From: Fimbriimonadales bacterium
Lineage (GTDB): Bacteria; Armatimonadota; Fimbriimonadia; Fimbriimonadales; JABRVX01
Length of the DNA: 64,000 nucleotides
Reading direction: 5' to 3'
Assembly: GCA_045862955.1 (NCBI GenBank)
Contig: BTVI01000002.1
Span: 32,001-96,000, forward strand
The position numbers were made by a program, and so were the translations under genes. Below, piece by piece: positions 50,737-60,708 of the stretch (positions are counted from its first letter, which is position 1; each line of letters opens with the position of its first letter). A model generated the notes under the pieces. It worked only from the letters and a program-made list of their open reading frames with translations, was not told the DNA's origin and did not search any database.

Positions 50737-51000
50737 ATGGCCGTCCCACCAGTACTCAATGTGGGTTTCTATAATTTCGTTGTTGCAGACAAAATTATTG
50801 CAATGGTGAGCAGCGAGTCCGCCCCTATGCGACGTCTTATCCAGCAACTGCGCAAGTCGGGGAACCTGATTGATGCCACCCAGGGACGGCGCACCAAGAG
50901 CGTGATCTTCACATCGTGCGGCTCCGTGGTAGTCTCCGCAATCTCGCAAGAAACCCTCGCCAAGCGACTCTGCAGCGGCGACATCGGCGAAGAGGAATAG
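50737..51000 (+). CDS. remA: RemA / DUF370 family protein
   Basis: LNVGFYNFV...SESAPMRR...LIDATQGRRTKSVI...SAISQETL. Confidence 0.88.
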   Translation: MAVPPVLNVGFYNFVVADKIIAMVSSESAPMRRLIQQLRKSGNLIDATQGRRTKSVIFTSCGSVVVSAISQETLAKRLCSGDIGEEE

Positions 51001-51047
51001 AAAGGACCGGTTCTGGAACGCTGTGAGGACGGGAAGAGGGTAGCTCG

Positions 51048-52091
51048 ATGCGTCTGATGCGGTCCCTGCTGTCGCGCGTGTATTGCGACATGGGAGTGGA
51101 CTTAGGCACCGCGAACACATTGGTGTACGCACAGGGCAAAGGCATCCTCCTACACGAGCCCTCTGTCGTCGCGATCGACTCGGACAGCAAGCAGATCCTG
51201 GCGGTCGGTCTCGAGGCCAAGCGGATGGTGGGACGAACACCCTCGTCCATCGTTGCCATTCGTCCCCTTCGTGACGGCGTCATCGCAGACTACGACCAGA
51301 CGGAGCGCATGCTCCGTGACTTCATCCGGAAGTCAGCGCGGCGGCGCTTCGCATGGTATCGGGTCGTGGTCGGAATTCCCAGCGGCGTCACCGAGGTCGA
51401 ACGACGCGCGGTGTATGAAGCCACCCGCCGGGCCGGCGCCCACGAGGCCTTTCTCATCGAAGAGCCCATGGCCGCCGCCATCGGCGCGGGGCTCCCCGTC
51501 GAAGAGCCGACCGGCTCGATGATCGTGGACATCGGCGGCGGCACCACCGAAGTCGCCGTAATCTCGCTTGCCGGCATCGTCTATTCCGTTTCCATCCGAA
51601 CCGCAGGAGACGAGGTGGACGAAGCTATCGGCGCGTACGTCAAGAGAGCGTACAACCTCCTGATCGGCGACCGGACCACGGAGAACGTCAAGATCGAGAT
51701 CGGGTCCGCATATCCGCTCGAACAAGAGCTCAGGACGGAGGTGCGCGGGCGCGACCTCATCACGGGCCTTCCGCGCAGCGCGTGCATCACTTCCGAGGAG
51801 CTGCGAACGGCAATCGCGGAGCCACTCAATCAGATCGTGGATGCCGTCAAGCAGGCGCTGGAGGCAACGCCACCCGAGCTTGCCGCAGACATCATGAACC
51901 GCGGCATCTGTCTCGCAGGAGGTGGCGCACTGCTTCGTGGCCTCGACCGCCTCATCATGAAGGAGACCGAGATGCCGGTCTTCGTCGCCGACGAGCCGCT
52001 GAACTGCGTGGTCCTCGGCACCGGCCGCGTGCTGGAAGAGATCGAGCGTCACCCGCAGCTCAGCAAAGTGCTCAAGCACTCCGGCTCATGA
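51048..52091 (+). CDS. mreB: Rod shape-determining protein MreB
   Basis: [32 protein letters not shown]. Confidence 0.97.
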   Translation: MRLMRSLLSRVYCDMGVDLGTANTLVYAQGKGILLHEPSVVAIDSDSKQILAVGLEAKRMVGRTPSSIVAIRPLRDGVIADYDQTERMLRDFIRKSARRRFAWYRVVVGIPSGVTEVERRAVYEATRRAGAHEAFLIEEPMAAAIGAGLPVEEPTGSMIVDIGGGTTEVAVISLAGIVYSVSIRTAGDEVDEAIGAYVKRAYNLLIGDRTTENVKIEIGSAYPLEQELRTEVRGRDLITGLPRSACITSEELRTAIAEPLNQIVDAVKQALEATPPELAADIMNRGICLAGGGALLRGLDRLIMKETEMPVFVADEPLNCVVLGTGRVLEEIERHPQLSKVLKHSGS

Positions 52092-52891
52092 GGCCCGCGA
52101 GGCGAGACCGCGCCGGCGACTGGGTGCTCCTTGTCCTGCTCGTGTTGGTGAGCTTCATGCTGGCCCATGATCGTGGCACCGTCTCAGAACCCATCTTCCG
52201 AGCGATCCGCTCCGTCCTTCTCCCGGTTCACGCGGCGGTGAACTCGCTCTATCTCAGCGCATCCGATACACTGGTAGGGCTCACGCAGGGCCCGGCTCTT
52301 CGAGCCGAGGTCCGAGAGCTACGGGCCAAGGCGGAAGGGGCGGAGGCGTTGCGGCTAAGGCTTCGGGAACTCGAGCTGGAGAACGAGCGCCTTCGCTCGA
52401 TCGTGGAGACGCTGCCGACCCTTTCACCAGGCAGCGTGGCAGCGTCCGTGATCGGCTACTATCCAGTCGAGCTGACTGCAACCTTATCTGCAGGCTCGCG
52501 CCACGGGGTGAGAGTCGGTGACCCGGTGGTAGCGCCGCAGGGCTTGGTGGGGGTTGTCGAGCAGGTGGATGCGAGCACCTGTCGAGTGCTGCTCAACACT
52601 TCGGACCGATTTGCCGTCGGGGCGCGACTGGCGGGCACGGATTCGCGTGCCGCTGGCGTGGCGCGCGGCACCGGAGGCCCACATCTGCTCCTCGACCACC
52701 TCTCGGAGGCCGCGATCGTTAGGGTGGGGGAGCGCGTGGTCACATCGGGTGTCGGCCAACGGTACCCGAAGGGGATTCTGATCGGGACGGTCGTGCGCGT
52801 ATGGCGAGACCCGTCGTACGGTTTCGTGCGTGCGTGGGTCGCTCCATCTGCCCGGCCGGATACTGTCGAGGAGGCGATCGTTCTGCGGTGA
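52088..52891 (+). CDS. mreC: Rod shape-determining protein MreC
   Basis: TM segment, coiled coil ENERLR, GLVG, VVTSG...YPKGILIG. Confidence 0.9.
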   Translation: MRPARRDRAGDWVLLVLLVLVSFMLAHDRGTVSEPIFRAIRSVLLPVHAAVNSLYLSASDTLVGLTQGPALRAEVRELRAKAEGAEALRLRLRELELENERLRSIVETLPTLSPGSVAASVIGYYPVELTATLSAGSRHGVRVGDPVVAPQGLVGVVEQVDASTCRVLLNTSDRFAVGARLAGTDSRAAGVARGTGGPHLLLDHLSEAAIVRVGERVVTSGVGQRYPKGILIGTVVRVWRDPSYGFVRAWVAPSARPDTVEEAIVLR

Positions 52892-53373
52892 GACGCCTCG
52901 CCCCGGCTCTGACGGCTCTGTTCTTCTTTGTGCTAGCGGCCGGGATCGAAGGCCCGCTAGCACACCGGGTTGCGATCTGGGGGGCTCCGCCCTCACTCCT
53001 CCTCATCTGCGTGTTCTGCACTGCACTGTTTGCAGGGCGGGTCTGGGGTGCGGTCCTAGGGTTCGCCGTCGGGCTAGGTCATACCGCGATAGCTGGCGTA
53101 GCCGGAGCGGCGTTTCTGGTAAGCGGTGCGGTTTCTGGCTTCGCCGCTGGCTGGGCACCGAGGTTCGTGAGCCCGCAACACTGGGCAGTCGGCCCGTCCG
53201 TCGTTTGCGTCTGCTCCATGCTGGCGAAGGGCCTTTTCTTGCTCCTCGACCCTCAGCCCGACTTGGGCAATTGGGTACGATTGACAGTGGTGGGCAGCGC
53301 GTACAACGCTGTTCTATCGTTACCGTTGTACCTGCTCCTCGTGCGGGCAATGAAGGCCGCGCAAGAGCATTGA
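52888..53373 (+). CDS. mreD: Rod shape-determining protein MreD
   Basis: Hydrophobic, follows mreC with GTGA overlap. Confidence 0.75.
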   Translation: MRRLAPALTALFFFVLAAGIEGPLAHRVAIWGAPPSLLLICVFCTALFAGRVWGAVLGFAVGLGHTAIAGVAGAAFLVSGAVSGFAAGWAPRFVSPQHWAVGPSVVCVCSMLAKGLFLLLDPQPDLGNWVRLTVVGSAYNAVLSLPLYLLLVRAMKAAQEH

Positions 53374-53397
53374 TCACAAAGAAGTGGAGGTACTTCA

Positions 53398-54702
53398 ATG
53401 CCAGGTATCGCCGCTCCTAAGGAGCCTCACGTGAACCCTAACCCCACCGGTATGCATGGCGAGGGCAAGCTATTCCGCATGGCCCAAGCGCAGCTGGCGA
53501 CTGCCGCCAAATATCTCGACCTCGATGCCGGATTGCACGAAACCCTCTCGATGCCTCGCACCGAGATCACGGTGAACTTCCCCGTGGTGATGGATGACCA
53601 GAGCATCAAGGTCTTCACCGGATACCGCGTCCGGCACAACAGCGCACGCGGACCGACGAAGGGCGGAATCCGCTACGCACCCGATGCGGACATTGACGAG
53701 ACTCGCGCTCTGGCCATGTGGATGACATGGAAGTGTGCTATCGTCAACATCCCCTACGGTGGCGCGAAGGGTTCGGTCCGTGTGGACCCCCATGCGCTCA
53801 GCACGCGCGAACTGGAGAAGATGACGCGGCGATACGTCACCGAGATCAACATGATCATCGGCCCCGAGCGAGACATTCCTGCACCCGACATCGGTACCAA
53901 CCCGCAGGTGATGGCGTGGATCATGGATACCTTCAGCATGCAAGCCGGATACGCCATTCCAGGCGTCGTTACGGGAAAGCCGATACCGCTGGGTGGCACG
54001 CAAGGCCGGGTCGAGGCTACGGGACGAGGCGTGATGGTCACAGCGCTCGCCGCGGCGAAGAAGCTGAACATGAACGTGAACGGGGCCAAAGTGATCGTGC
54101 AGGGCTTCGGTAACGTCGGAAGCGTGTCCGCTAAGCTGCTCGGCGAGCAGGGCGCTACGATCGTCGGCCTGAGCGATGCGGTTGGCGCGATCTACAACCC
54201 GAAGGGCCTTCCTCTCGAGCAGTTCCTGCCCCATGCGGGCCGTGACGGCATCTTCCAGGACTTCAAGGACGCCGAGCACCTATCGAACTCGGAGCTCCTT
54301 ATCCAAGACTGTGACATTCTCGTGCCGGCGGCGACGGCAAGCCAGATCACTGCGGAGAACGCGGGCCAGATCAAAGCCAAGCTGATTGCCGAGGGCGCCA
54401 ACGGGCCTACCACACCGGAAGCGGACGATATCCTCTCGGATAAAGGAGTGCTAGTGGTACCCGACGTTCTCGCCAACGCGGGCGGCGTCGTGTGCTCGTA
54501 CTTCGAGTGGGTCCAGGACCTGCAGGCGTTCTTCTGGCACGAGAAGGAAGTGAACGAGCGCTTGGAGCGCATCATGTTGGATAGCTTCGACGCAGTGTGG
54601 AACACTACGCAGCAGCACAAGACGAACATGCGGATCGGAGCGTACATCATCGGGGTGAAGCGCGTGGCCGACGCGACGGTCACCCGCGGAATCTTCCCGT
54701 AG
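53398..54702 (+). CDS. gdhA: Glutamate dehydrogenase
   Basis: GPTKGGIRY, GGAKG, PAPD, QGFGNVG, EGANGP, NAGGV. Confidence 0.95.
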   Translation: MPGIAAPKEPHVNPNPTGMHGEGKLFRMAQAQLATAAKYLDLDAGLHETLSMPRTEITVNFPVVMDDQSIKVFTGYRVRHNSARGPTKGGIRYAPDADIDETRALAMWMTWKCAIVNIPYGGAKGSVRVDPHALSTRELEKMTRRYVTEINMIIGPERDIPAPDIGTNPQVMAWIMDTFSMQAGYAIPGVVTGKPIPLGGTQGRVEATGRGVMVTALAAAKKLNMNVNGAKVIVQGFGNVGSVSAKLLGEQGATIVGLSDAVGAIYNPKGLPLEQFLPHAGRDGIFQDFKDAEHLSNSELLIQDCDILVPAATASQITAENAGQIKAKLIAEGANGPTTPEADDILSDKGVLVVPDVLANAGGVVCSYFEWVQDLQAFFWHEKEVNERLERIMLDSFDAVWNTTQQHKTNMRIGAYIIGVKRVADATVTRGIFP

Positions 54703-54780
54703 GTTGTAACCATTCGGGACCGCCGTGCCTCTAAGAGGACGACGCGCCTTCGGGTGCAGGTCCGATTAGGGGGTCACGGA

Positions 54781-57700
54781 ATGCGACAATTCGTCATGGA
54801 GCCGCGAATGCGGAGATGGGCTGGTTTGGCTCTGATCGGCGTCGCGGCTCTCTTCATCACCGGTCAGCAAGCCAAAGGATATCCCAGGTTGGAGACCCGG
54901 CTCCTGTCGAGCGGTACGATGCTCGCGGACAGCGCAGGCAGTGTGCGAGTCGTCTGCCGCGACCACATCGCTTCAAAGAGCCTGGGCGGAGCCGACGTGA
55001 CGATAAAGCTGCGGGCGGAGGGAGGCAAGGAGTACGCGCTCTTCGCGGGCAAGACCGGCTCGAACGGCAGCGTAGATGCCAACTTCCGAGTGCCAAATGT
55101 CCCCGCTGGCTCGTACAAACTGGTTGTCGAGACTGCAGGGCTAGGCGAACGCGACCTGGTGGAAGGTGACGTAAGGGTGGAGAGGCCGGTAGGCATCTTG
55201 CTCACCACCGACAAGCCACTGTATCAGCCCGGGCAGCTCATTCATATAAGGGCACTCGCCTTGTGGACGGCTAACCGCAAGCCCGTAGCGAAGGAAGATG
55301 CCGTGCTGGAGGTAGACGACTCCAAGGGCAACAAGGTGTTCAAGAAGGCCCTCCAGACCTCGCAGTTCGGGGTCGTCTCGGCAGACTTCCAGTTGGCGGA
55401 CGAGATCAACATGGGGCCCTATACGATCCGCGCTTTGATCGCCGGGTCGGAGGAGCAGAAGACTGTCACCGTTGACCGCTACGTGCTCCCCAAATTCAAG
55501 GTGACCGTGGAGACGGACAAGGAGTTCTACGCGCCGGGCGAGGTTGCGACCGGCTGGGTGCGTGCCGACTACGTATTCGGGAAGCCCGTTTCCGGTGCGA
55601 CAGTCGAACTGGCTTTCAGCAAGTACGACGTGGGTTTCAGCGAGTTCGCGAAGGTTACCGGGCGCACGGATGGCGAGGGCAGGTTTCGCTTCGAGCAACG
55701 CCTCCCGAGCCACTTCGTTGGGCAGCCCTTGCAGCAAGGCGCAGCGCTGATGAGCATCCACGCGAAAGTGACCGACACTGCGGACCACACACAAGAGGCC
55801 ACTCGGTCTGTTACTGTTGCGCAGAGCGGCATGATAGTGAACTTGATCCCCGAGCGTCCGAGTGCAGTACGCGGGCTGGACATGAACGTCTTCGCCGTAT
55901 GCTCGGCACCCGACGGCAGGCCGATCGCGGGTGCCAGAGTCTGGATGGGGGATGACACCTCGGACCCGACGCGTGCCGCGGTAGCGGACGATGCCGGCAT
56001 TGCAGTGCTGAGCGTGCCCAAAGCGACGTTCGCATCGGCGGGTGCGTCCGGCCCTGCGAAACTGGTGGTGTCGGCACGCGACGCTGCCGGCAACGAAGCG
56101 ACGGGCACCCTCGAGCTGGCAGCAGACTCATCGGAGGCAGGCATTCTGCTGCGGCCACACAAGTCGCTGGTCCGCGTCGGCTCGGACCTGGTTTGCGATG
56201 CGCACCTGGTAGGCGGCGGCCCCACTGCTACCGTGTTCTTCGACGTGATCAAGGACGGGCGCCCCGTGCTTACCCGTTCGGTGGACGCAGTGAACGGCGT
56301 TGCGCGGCTCACGATTGCCCCCACCGACGACATGGCGGGCACCATTCGGGTATTGGCCTACCGTCTCACCTACTCGGGCAACATCGTGCGCGATTCGCGC
56401 GTGGTGTTCGTCTCGCCGTCGTCCGACCTGGCCGTGAAGTTGACGTTGGACCGCGAGAGCTATCGCCCAGGCGAGAAAGCGACACTCCTGCTCCAGGTCG
56501 GGCGCAAGGGTGTATCGAGCGTGGGTCTGAGCATCGTGGATGAGAGCGTGTTTGCGCTCCAAGACATGCAGCCGGGCATGGAGCGCGTGTACTTCATGTT
56601 AGAGCAGGAGCTGTTGCACCCGCGGTACGAGGTCCACTCGATCACCCCTGGCAGGCTGTTCGAGCCCGCCGACTACTCTCCGGCCACCCAGCGAGCGGCA
56701 CAAGCGCTGTTCGCTCAGGCCGAGCCCATCACGGGTGCCGCGGTCGATACGAACAGCTACACGAAGAAGCTAGAGCCGTTCCTCGACCGCTGGTCGAAGG
56801 ACATCGAGGCGCGAGCGACCCGCATCGCCGCGGCGGTCGAGCGGTGGCAGGATGAGCGCGCCGGCGGCCCATACGATCGGATCGGCATGCCGGCTACGGA
56901 AGCCGACTGGAACCGGTTGGTGGCTCGCGGGTGGCTCGGCGCGAATGACATCCGCGACGAATGGGGCCGCCGCCTGCGAGTGCGCAATTGGGAGGATGCA
57001 TGGGCTCAGAGCGCATGGCGTGGGCGGGACGGCCAGCAGTTCGCGCACACGCTCCTCGTGATTAGTGCAGGGCTCGATGGGGTGTTCGACACCCTGGATG
57101 ACATCACGGCCTACGCCGGTGTTCGCGATGGAAGGGGCACGATGTTCGGCCTCGGCTTCTTCGACAACGGGCAGTTCATCGGACAACAGCTCGAACGCAA
57201 CGATGAAGCCTGGGGATTCGGCGGACGGGGTGGCGGAGTGTTTCGGGTCGGGCGAGCACGCGAGATGGACGTGGACCAAGCGTTTGCCGCGGATGCTGTG
57301 ATGTCGAAGGCGGGTCTGGCGGAACTCCCCGCATCGGCGCCGATGGGTGGTGCCAAGCCCGAGAGCCCCGCTGAGCCTCGGATGAGGCAGTACTTCCCCG
57401 AGACCATGTACTGGAACCCCGAGCTTCTCACCGATGAGAACGGGCGCGCGAGCATCGAGATACCGCTCGCGGATTCCATCACTACCTGGCGTGTTAGTGC
57501 ATCGGCAGTGAACGGCTCCGGCAGCCTCGGGTCGTCCACCGTTGGTCTAAAGGTGTTTCAGGACTTCTTCGTGGACATAGACCTGCCCGCAGTCCTAACG
57601 CAGAACGACGAGATCAACATACCTATCGCGATCTACAACTACCTTCCCGGACGGCAGAAGGTGCGTCTCGTGATGGAGACCAGCGACGGCATCGAGTTCC

Positions 57701-59481
57701 TGAGTGGGCGCGAGCAGACTGTCGAGATGGGGCCGAGCGATGTCCGCGCTGCCTACTTCGAGTTTCGTGTGAAGGGCCTGGGCCGACAGAAGCTGGTAGT
57801 CAAGGCGTACGGCGACCGATTGTCGGATGCGATGACACGCGAGATTGACGTGTTGCCGGACGGGCGACGTGAGACCGTCGGCAGAAGCGGCCAACTGAAC
57901 GGCACCGAGCAGTTCACGGTGGACATCCCTGCCCATGCGATTGAAGACGCGTCGAATGTGTTAGTTCGCATCTACCCCGGTGTGATGGCGACTGCCATAG
58001 ACGGGTTGGACAACCTGTTGCGGATGCCATTCGGATGCTTCGAGCAGACCAGCTCTGTCACCTATCCAAACGTGTTAGTGCTCGACTACATGAAGAAGAG
58101 CAAGCAGATCACGCCTGCGATTCAGATGAAGGCCGAGCAGTACATCAACCTCGGGTACCAGCGACTGCTCAGCTTCGAGGTGCCGGGTGGAGGCTTCGAG
58201 TGGTTCGGCAATCCGCCTGCTCACCAGGTACTGACTGCGTACGGCCTGATGGAGTTTGCCGACATGGCCAAGGTGTATGCCGTAGACCCCAACTTGCTGA
58301 CGAGAACGCGCGCATGGCTGGAGTCCAAGCAGGCCGCTGATGGTACCTGGACGCCGGACAAGGGTGGCATCGCGGAGGGCGCTATCAACCGTCAGAGTGA
58401 CGTGTTCAAAACCACCGCCTACATCGCTTGGGCGCTAGCCCATACTGGCGAGAAGAGCCCGGCGTTGCAAAAGGCGACCGGGTGGTTGAGGCAGCACTTG
58501 GCAGGCGAGAACGATCCATACGGCTTAGCACTGGCAGCCAACGCGTTCTACCTCTCCGGTGACAAGGTGGCGGGTCGGCAGACGTTGGAGGCCGTTCTGG
58601 CCCAGGCCAAGCGCGACGGCGATCACGTCTACTTCGCAGCGTCCGAGCGCACGCTGGTATACGGCTCCGGACGTGGCGGCGACGTCGAGACCACGGCGAT
58701 CGTGGCTCTCGCTCTCACCGAAGCCGGCGACAGGGCCGACACTCTCCGGAAGGTAATCGCCTACCTGATCGCGGCAAAGGACCCGAACGGTACGTGGTAC
58801 TCCACCCAGGCGACGGTGTTCGCACTGAAGGCTCTCATTCGAGCTTCGGAGGCGACAGCTCGAGGGATGAACGGTGAAGGGAGAGTGTTAGTAAACGGCA
58901 AGGTCATCGGTACGTTCGTGCTAACACCCGAGGATTACGAGGTAGTGCGGCAGTTCGACGCCCGCGATGTAGTGACCGTCGGTTCCAACGACGTCCGAAT
59001 CGAGTATTCGGGCAAGAGCGGACCGATGTACCAGATCGTGGGCATCTTCTACGTTCCGTGGGACAAGGTTCGCGACAGGGAGCAGCGCGAGATGGACATC
59101 GAGGTGAAGTATGACAAGCGCGACCTCGCCGCAAACGACACGGTAACGTGCAGGGTCTCGGTGGCGTATCGCGGTCCGGGCCAGGCAGCAAATATGGTGA
59201 TAGTGGACCTGGGCATCCCTCCGGGATTCGAGGTGATGACCGGAGATCTGCAGGAGCTAGTAGGCAGCAAGGTGATCCAGAAGTTCAACCTGACCAGCCG
59301 CCAGGCGATCCTTTACTTCGACAAGCTGGAGAAGGGCAGGGAGGTGGAGTTCTCGTATCGGCTGATCGCCAAGTACCCGTTGCGGGCCCGCACGCCATCC
59401 AGCCGAGTGTACCAGTACTACGACCCGGACGAGGTGACCTACTCTGCTCCTCAGACGCTGACTGTGTCTGCAGGCAGGTAG
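54781..59481 (+). CDS. Alpha-2-macroglobulin family protein with thioester motif
   Basis: TDKPLYQPG, YVLPKF, RQYFPET, DSITTW, MPFGCFEQ. Confidence 0.92.
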   Translation: MRQFVMEPRMRRWAGLALIGVAALFITGQQAKGYPRLETRLLSSGTMLADSAGSVRVVCRDHIASKSLGGADVTIKLRAEGGKEYALFAGKTGSNGSVDANFRVPNVPAGSYKLVVETAGLGERDLVEGDVRVERPVGILLTTDKPLYQPGQLIHIRALALWTANRKPVAKEDAVLEVDDSKGNKVFKKALQTSQFGVVSADFQLADEINMGPYTIRALIAGSEEQKTVTVDRYVLPKFKVTVETDKEFYAPGEVATGWVRADYVFGKPVSGATVELAFSKYDVGFSEFAKVTGRTDGEGRFRFEQRLPSHFVGQPLQQGAALMSIHAKVTDTADHTQEATRSVTVAQSGMIVNLIPERPSAVRGLDMNVFAVCSAPDGRPIAGARVWMGDDTSDPTRAAVADDAGIAVLSVPKATFASAGASGPAKLVVSARDAAGNEATGTLELAADSSEAGILLRPHKSLVRVGSDLVCDAHLVGGGPTATVFFDVIKDGRPVLTRSVDAVNGVARLTIAPTDDMAGTIRVLAYRLTYSGNIVRDSRVVFVSPSSDLAVKLTLDRESYRPGEKATLLLQVGRKGVSSVGLSIVDESVFALQDMQPGMERVYFMLEQELLHPRYEVHSITPGRLFEPADYSPATQRAAQALFAQAEPITGAAVDTNSYTKKLEPFLDRWSKDIEARATRIAAAVERWQDERAGGPYDRIGMPATEADWNRLVARGWLGANDIRDEWGRRLRVRNWEDAWAQSAWRGRDGQQFAHTLLVISAGLDGVFDTLDDITAYAGVRDGRGTMFGLGFFDNGQFIGQQLERNDEAWGFGGRGGGVFRVGRAREMDVDQAFAADAVMSKAGLAELPASAPMGGAKPESPAEPRMRQYFPETMYWNPELLTDENGRASIEIPLADSITTWRVSASAVNGSGSLGSSTVGLKVFQDFFVDIDLPAVLTQNDEINIPIAIYNYLPGRQKVRLVMETSDGIEFLSGREQTVEMGPSDVRAAYFEFRVKGLGRQKLVVKAYGDRLSDAMTREIDVLPDGRRETVGRSGQLNGTEQFTVDIPAHAIEDASNVLVRIYPGVMATAIDGLDNLLRMPFGCFEQTSSVTYPNVLVLDYMKKSKQITPAIQMKAEQYINLGYQRLLSFEVPGGGFEWFGNPPAHQVLTAYGLMEFADMAKVYAVDPNLLTRTRAWLESKQAADGTWTPDKGGIAEGAINRQSDVFKTTAYIAWALAHTGEKSPALQKATGWLRQHLAGENDPYGLALAANAFYLSGDKVAGRQTLEAVLAQAKRDGDHVYFAASERTLVYGSGRGGDVETTAIVALALTEAGDRADTLRKVIAYLIAAKDPNGTWYSTQATVFALKALIRASEATARGMNGEGRVLVNGKVIGTFVLTPEDYEVVRQFDARDVVTVGSNDVRIEYSGKSGPMYQIVGIFYVPWDKVRDREQREMDIEVKYDKRDLAANDTVTCRVSVAYRGPGQAANMVIVDLGIPPGFEVMTGDLQELVGSKVIQKFNLTSRQAILYFDKLEKGREVEFSYRLIAKYPLRARTPSSRVYQYYDPDEVTYSAPQTLTVSAGR

Positions 59482-59507
59482 CTTCGTATGCCAAGTGAAC
59501 CCACGCG

Positions 59508-59530
59508 GGGCGCCGCCTCCGGCGGCGCCC
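59508..59530. terminator. GC hairpin after the A2M gene
   Basis: gggcgccgcc-tcc-ggcggcgccc. Confidence 0.5.
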
Positions 59531-59748
59531 AGCCCCGTGTGACCGACCGGTTGGAGTGACTCCGCCCGATGGCAGGGTGCGTCATCGAGAACTCCCTCCC
59601 CTTGGAGCGAAGCGGAAGGGGGAGGGGTGGGTGGGGGTCCAGTTAAGACTGCAGACCGATGGATGCGAGAGCCTTGTAGCAGGGGGCACTGGCCTCGTCA
59701 CTGCCCCACCGTCGAGGGTGGATGGAGAGATCGACTCGCGCATGTATC

Positions 59749-59853
59749 GTCATGCTGAGCCAGTCGAAGCATGATCGGGCATGCCGCACGTAGGCGCCTC
59801 GGGGCACGGCGCTCTCGGCTTCCGGCTGCATGCTTCGACAGGCTCAGCATCAC
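59749..59853. repeat. Inverted pair of REP-like repeats (same family as at 23.6 and 34.4 kb)
   Basis: gtcatgctgagccagtcgaagcatg ... catgcttcgacaggctcagcatcac. Confidence 0.85.
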
Positions 59854-59936
59854 GGTGAGGACCTCGAGTCTGTTAGGTAGCACTAGGCATGCAGTCAGCT
59901 GGCGGTATGGCGAGTGGATGGACTGCGCCCGAGACG

Positions 59937-60005
59937 GCGCGAGCCTGCTCGCGCCTTGTCACTCGGCACAGCGTGGCACGCCGCATAGCGCGAGCAGGCT
60001 CGCGC
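59937..60005. repeat. Perfect 18-bp inverted pair of self-palindromic repeats
   Basis: gcgcgagcctgctcgcgc (59937) and gcgcgagcaggctcgcgc (59988). Confidence 0.75.
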
Positions 60006-60029
60006 ACTTCCAAACTAAGATCTCTCGTG

Positions 60030-60590
60030 TTAGGTGTCGGGACCTTCCACCTTCAGGCCTACTTCGTCGGCCAGCAGTCGCAGCCATCGGCGGCGGCCCT
60101 CCAACAGATGCGCGAGGTTGAGAAATCCCAAATCCACGAAGCGGTCCTTGCCGGGCAGCTCGCCCAGCCGCTGCGTGAAGTATGCGATGTACGCCTCGTT
60201 CTGCTCGATCCACTGCCGAACCGCCTCCAATCGCTCACGAGGCTTGAGCAGCCGCAGGTTCAGGCAGCGGGATCGCAACGGGTCGGACAGCATCCCGAGG
60301 TCCTCCTCGGAGACCGGAGCGGTCAGCCAACGACGGAGAGCCGCAGTGCCCTTGGCGGTCAGCGAGTAGGAGGTTCGTGTCCGAGAGGCCTTGTCCGCCG
60401 TCTCCGCAGTGAGGTAGCCAGAGGCCTCTAGCCGGCGCAGCGCGGGGTACACGGCTCCGGTGCTTCCGCTCCAACGCGAGCCTTTCGTGCGCAAGATCAG
60501 ATTGCGGATGGAGTAGCCGGTGGTATAGCCGCGATACACGGCACCCAACAGAACGTAGTCGAACTCGGCGAGTTGCTGCCGGGAAGGCAT
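60030..60590 (-). CDS. PadR-family transcriptional regulator
   Basis: TGYSI...WSGSTGAVYPALRRLEASG...YSLTAKG. Confidence 0.88.
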   Translation of the reverse strand: MPSRQQLAEFDYVLLGAVYRGYTTGYSIRNLILRTKGSRWSGSTGAVYPALRRLEASGYLTAETADKASRTRTSYSLTAKGTAALRRWLTAPVSEEDLGMLSDPLRSRCLNLRLLKPRERLEAVRQWIEQNEAYIAYFTQRLGELPGKDRFVDLGFLNLAHLLEGRRRWLRLLADEVGLKVEGPDT

Positions 60591-60708
60591 GTCCTATTGT
60601 ATCACGCCCTTCACACAACTCAGATCAGCAGAGCAGGAGCTCCCGCTGCTGTCGTTCAACCAGCGGGAGCGTCTATACTCGGGAGAACGCCCGAAAGGAT
60701 GTCCGAAC

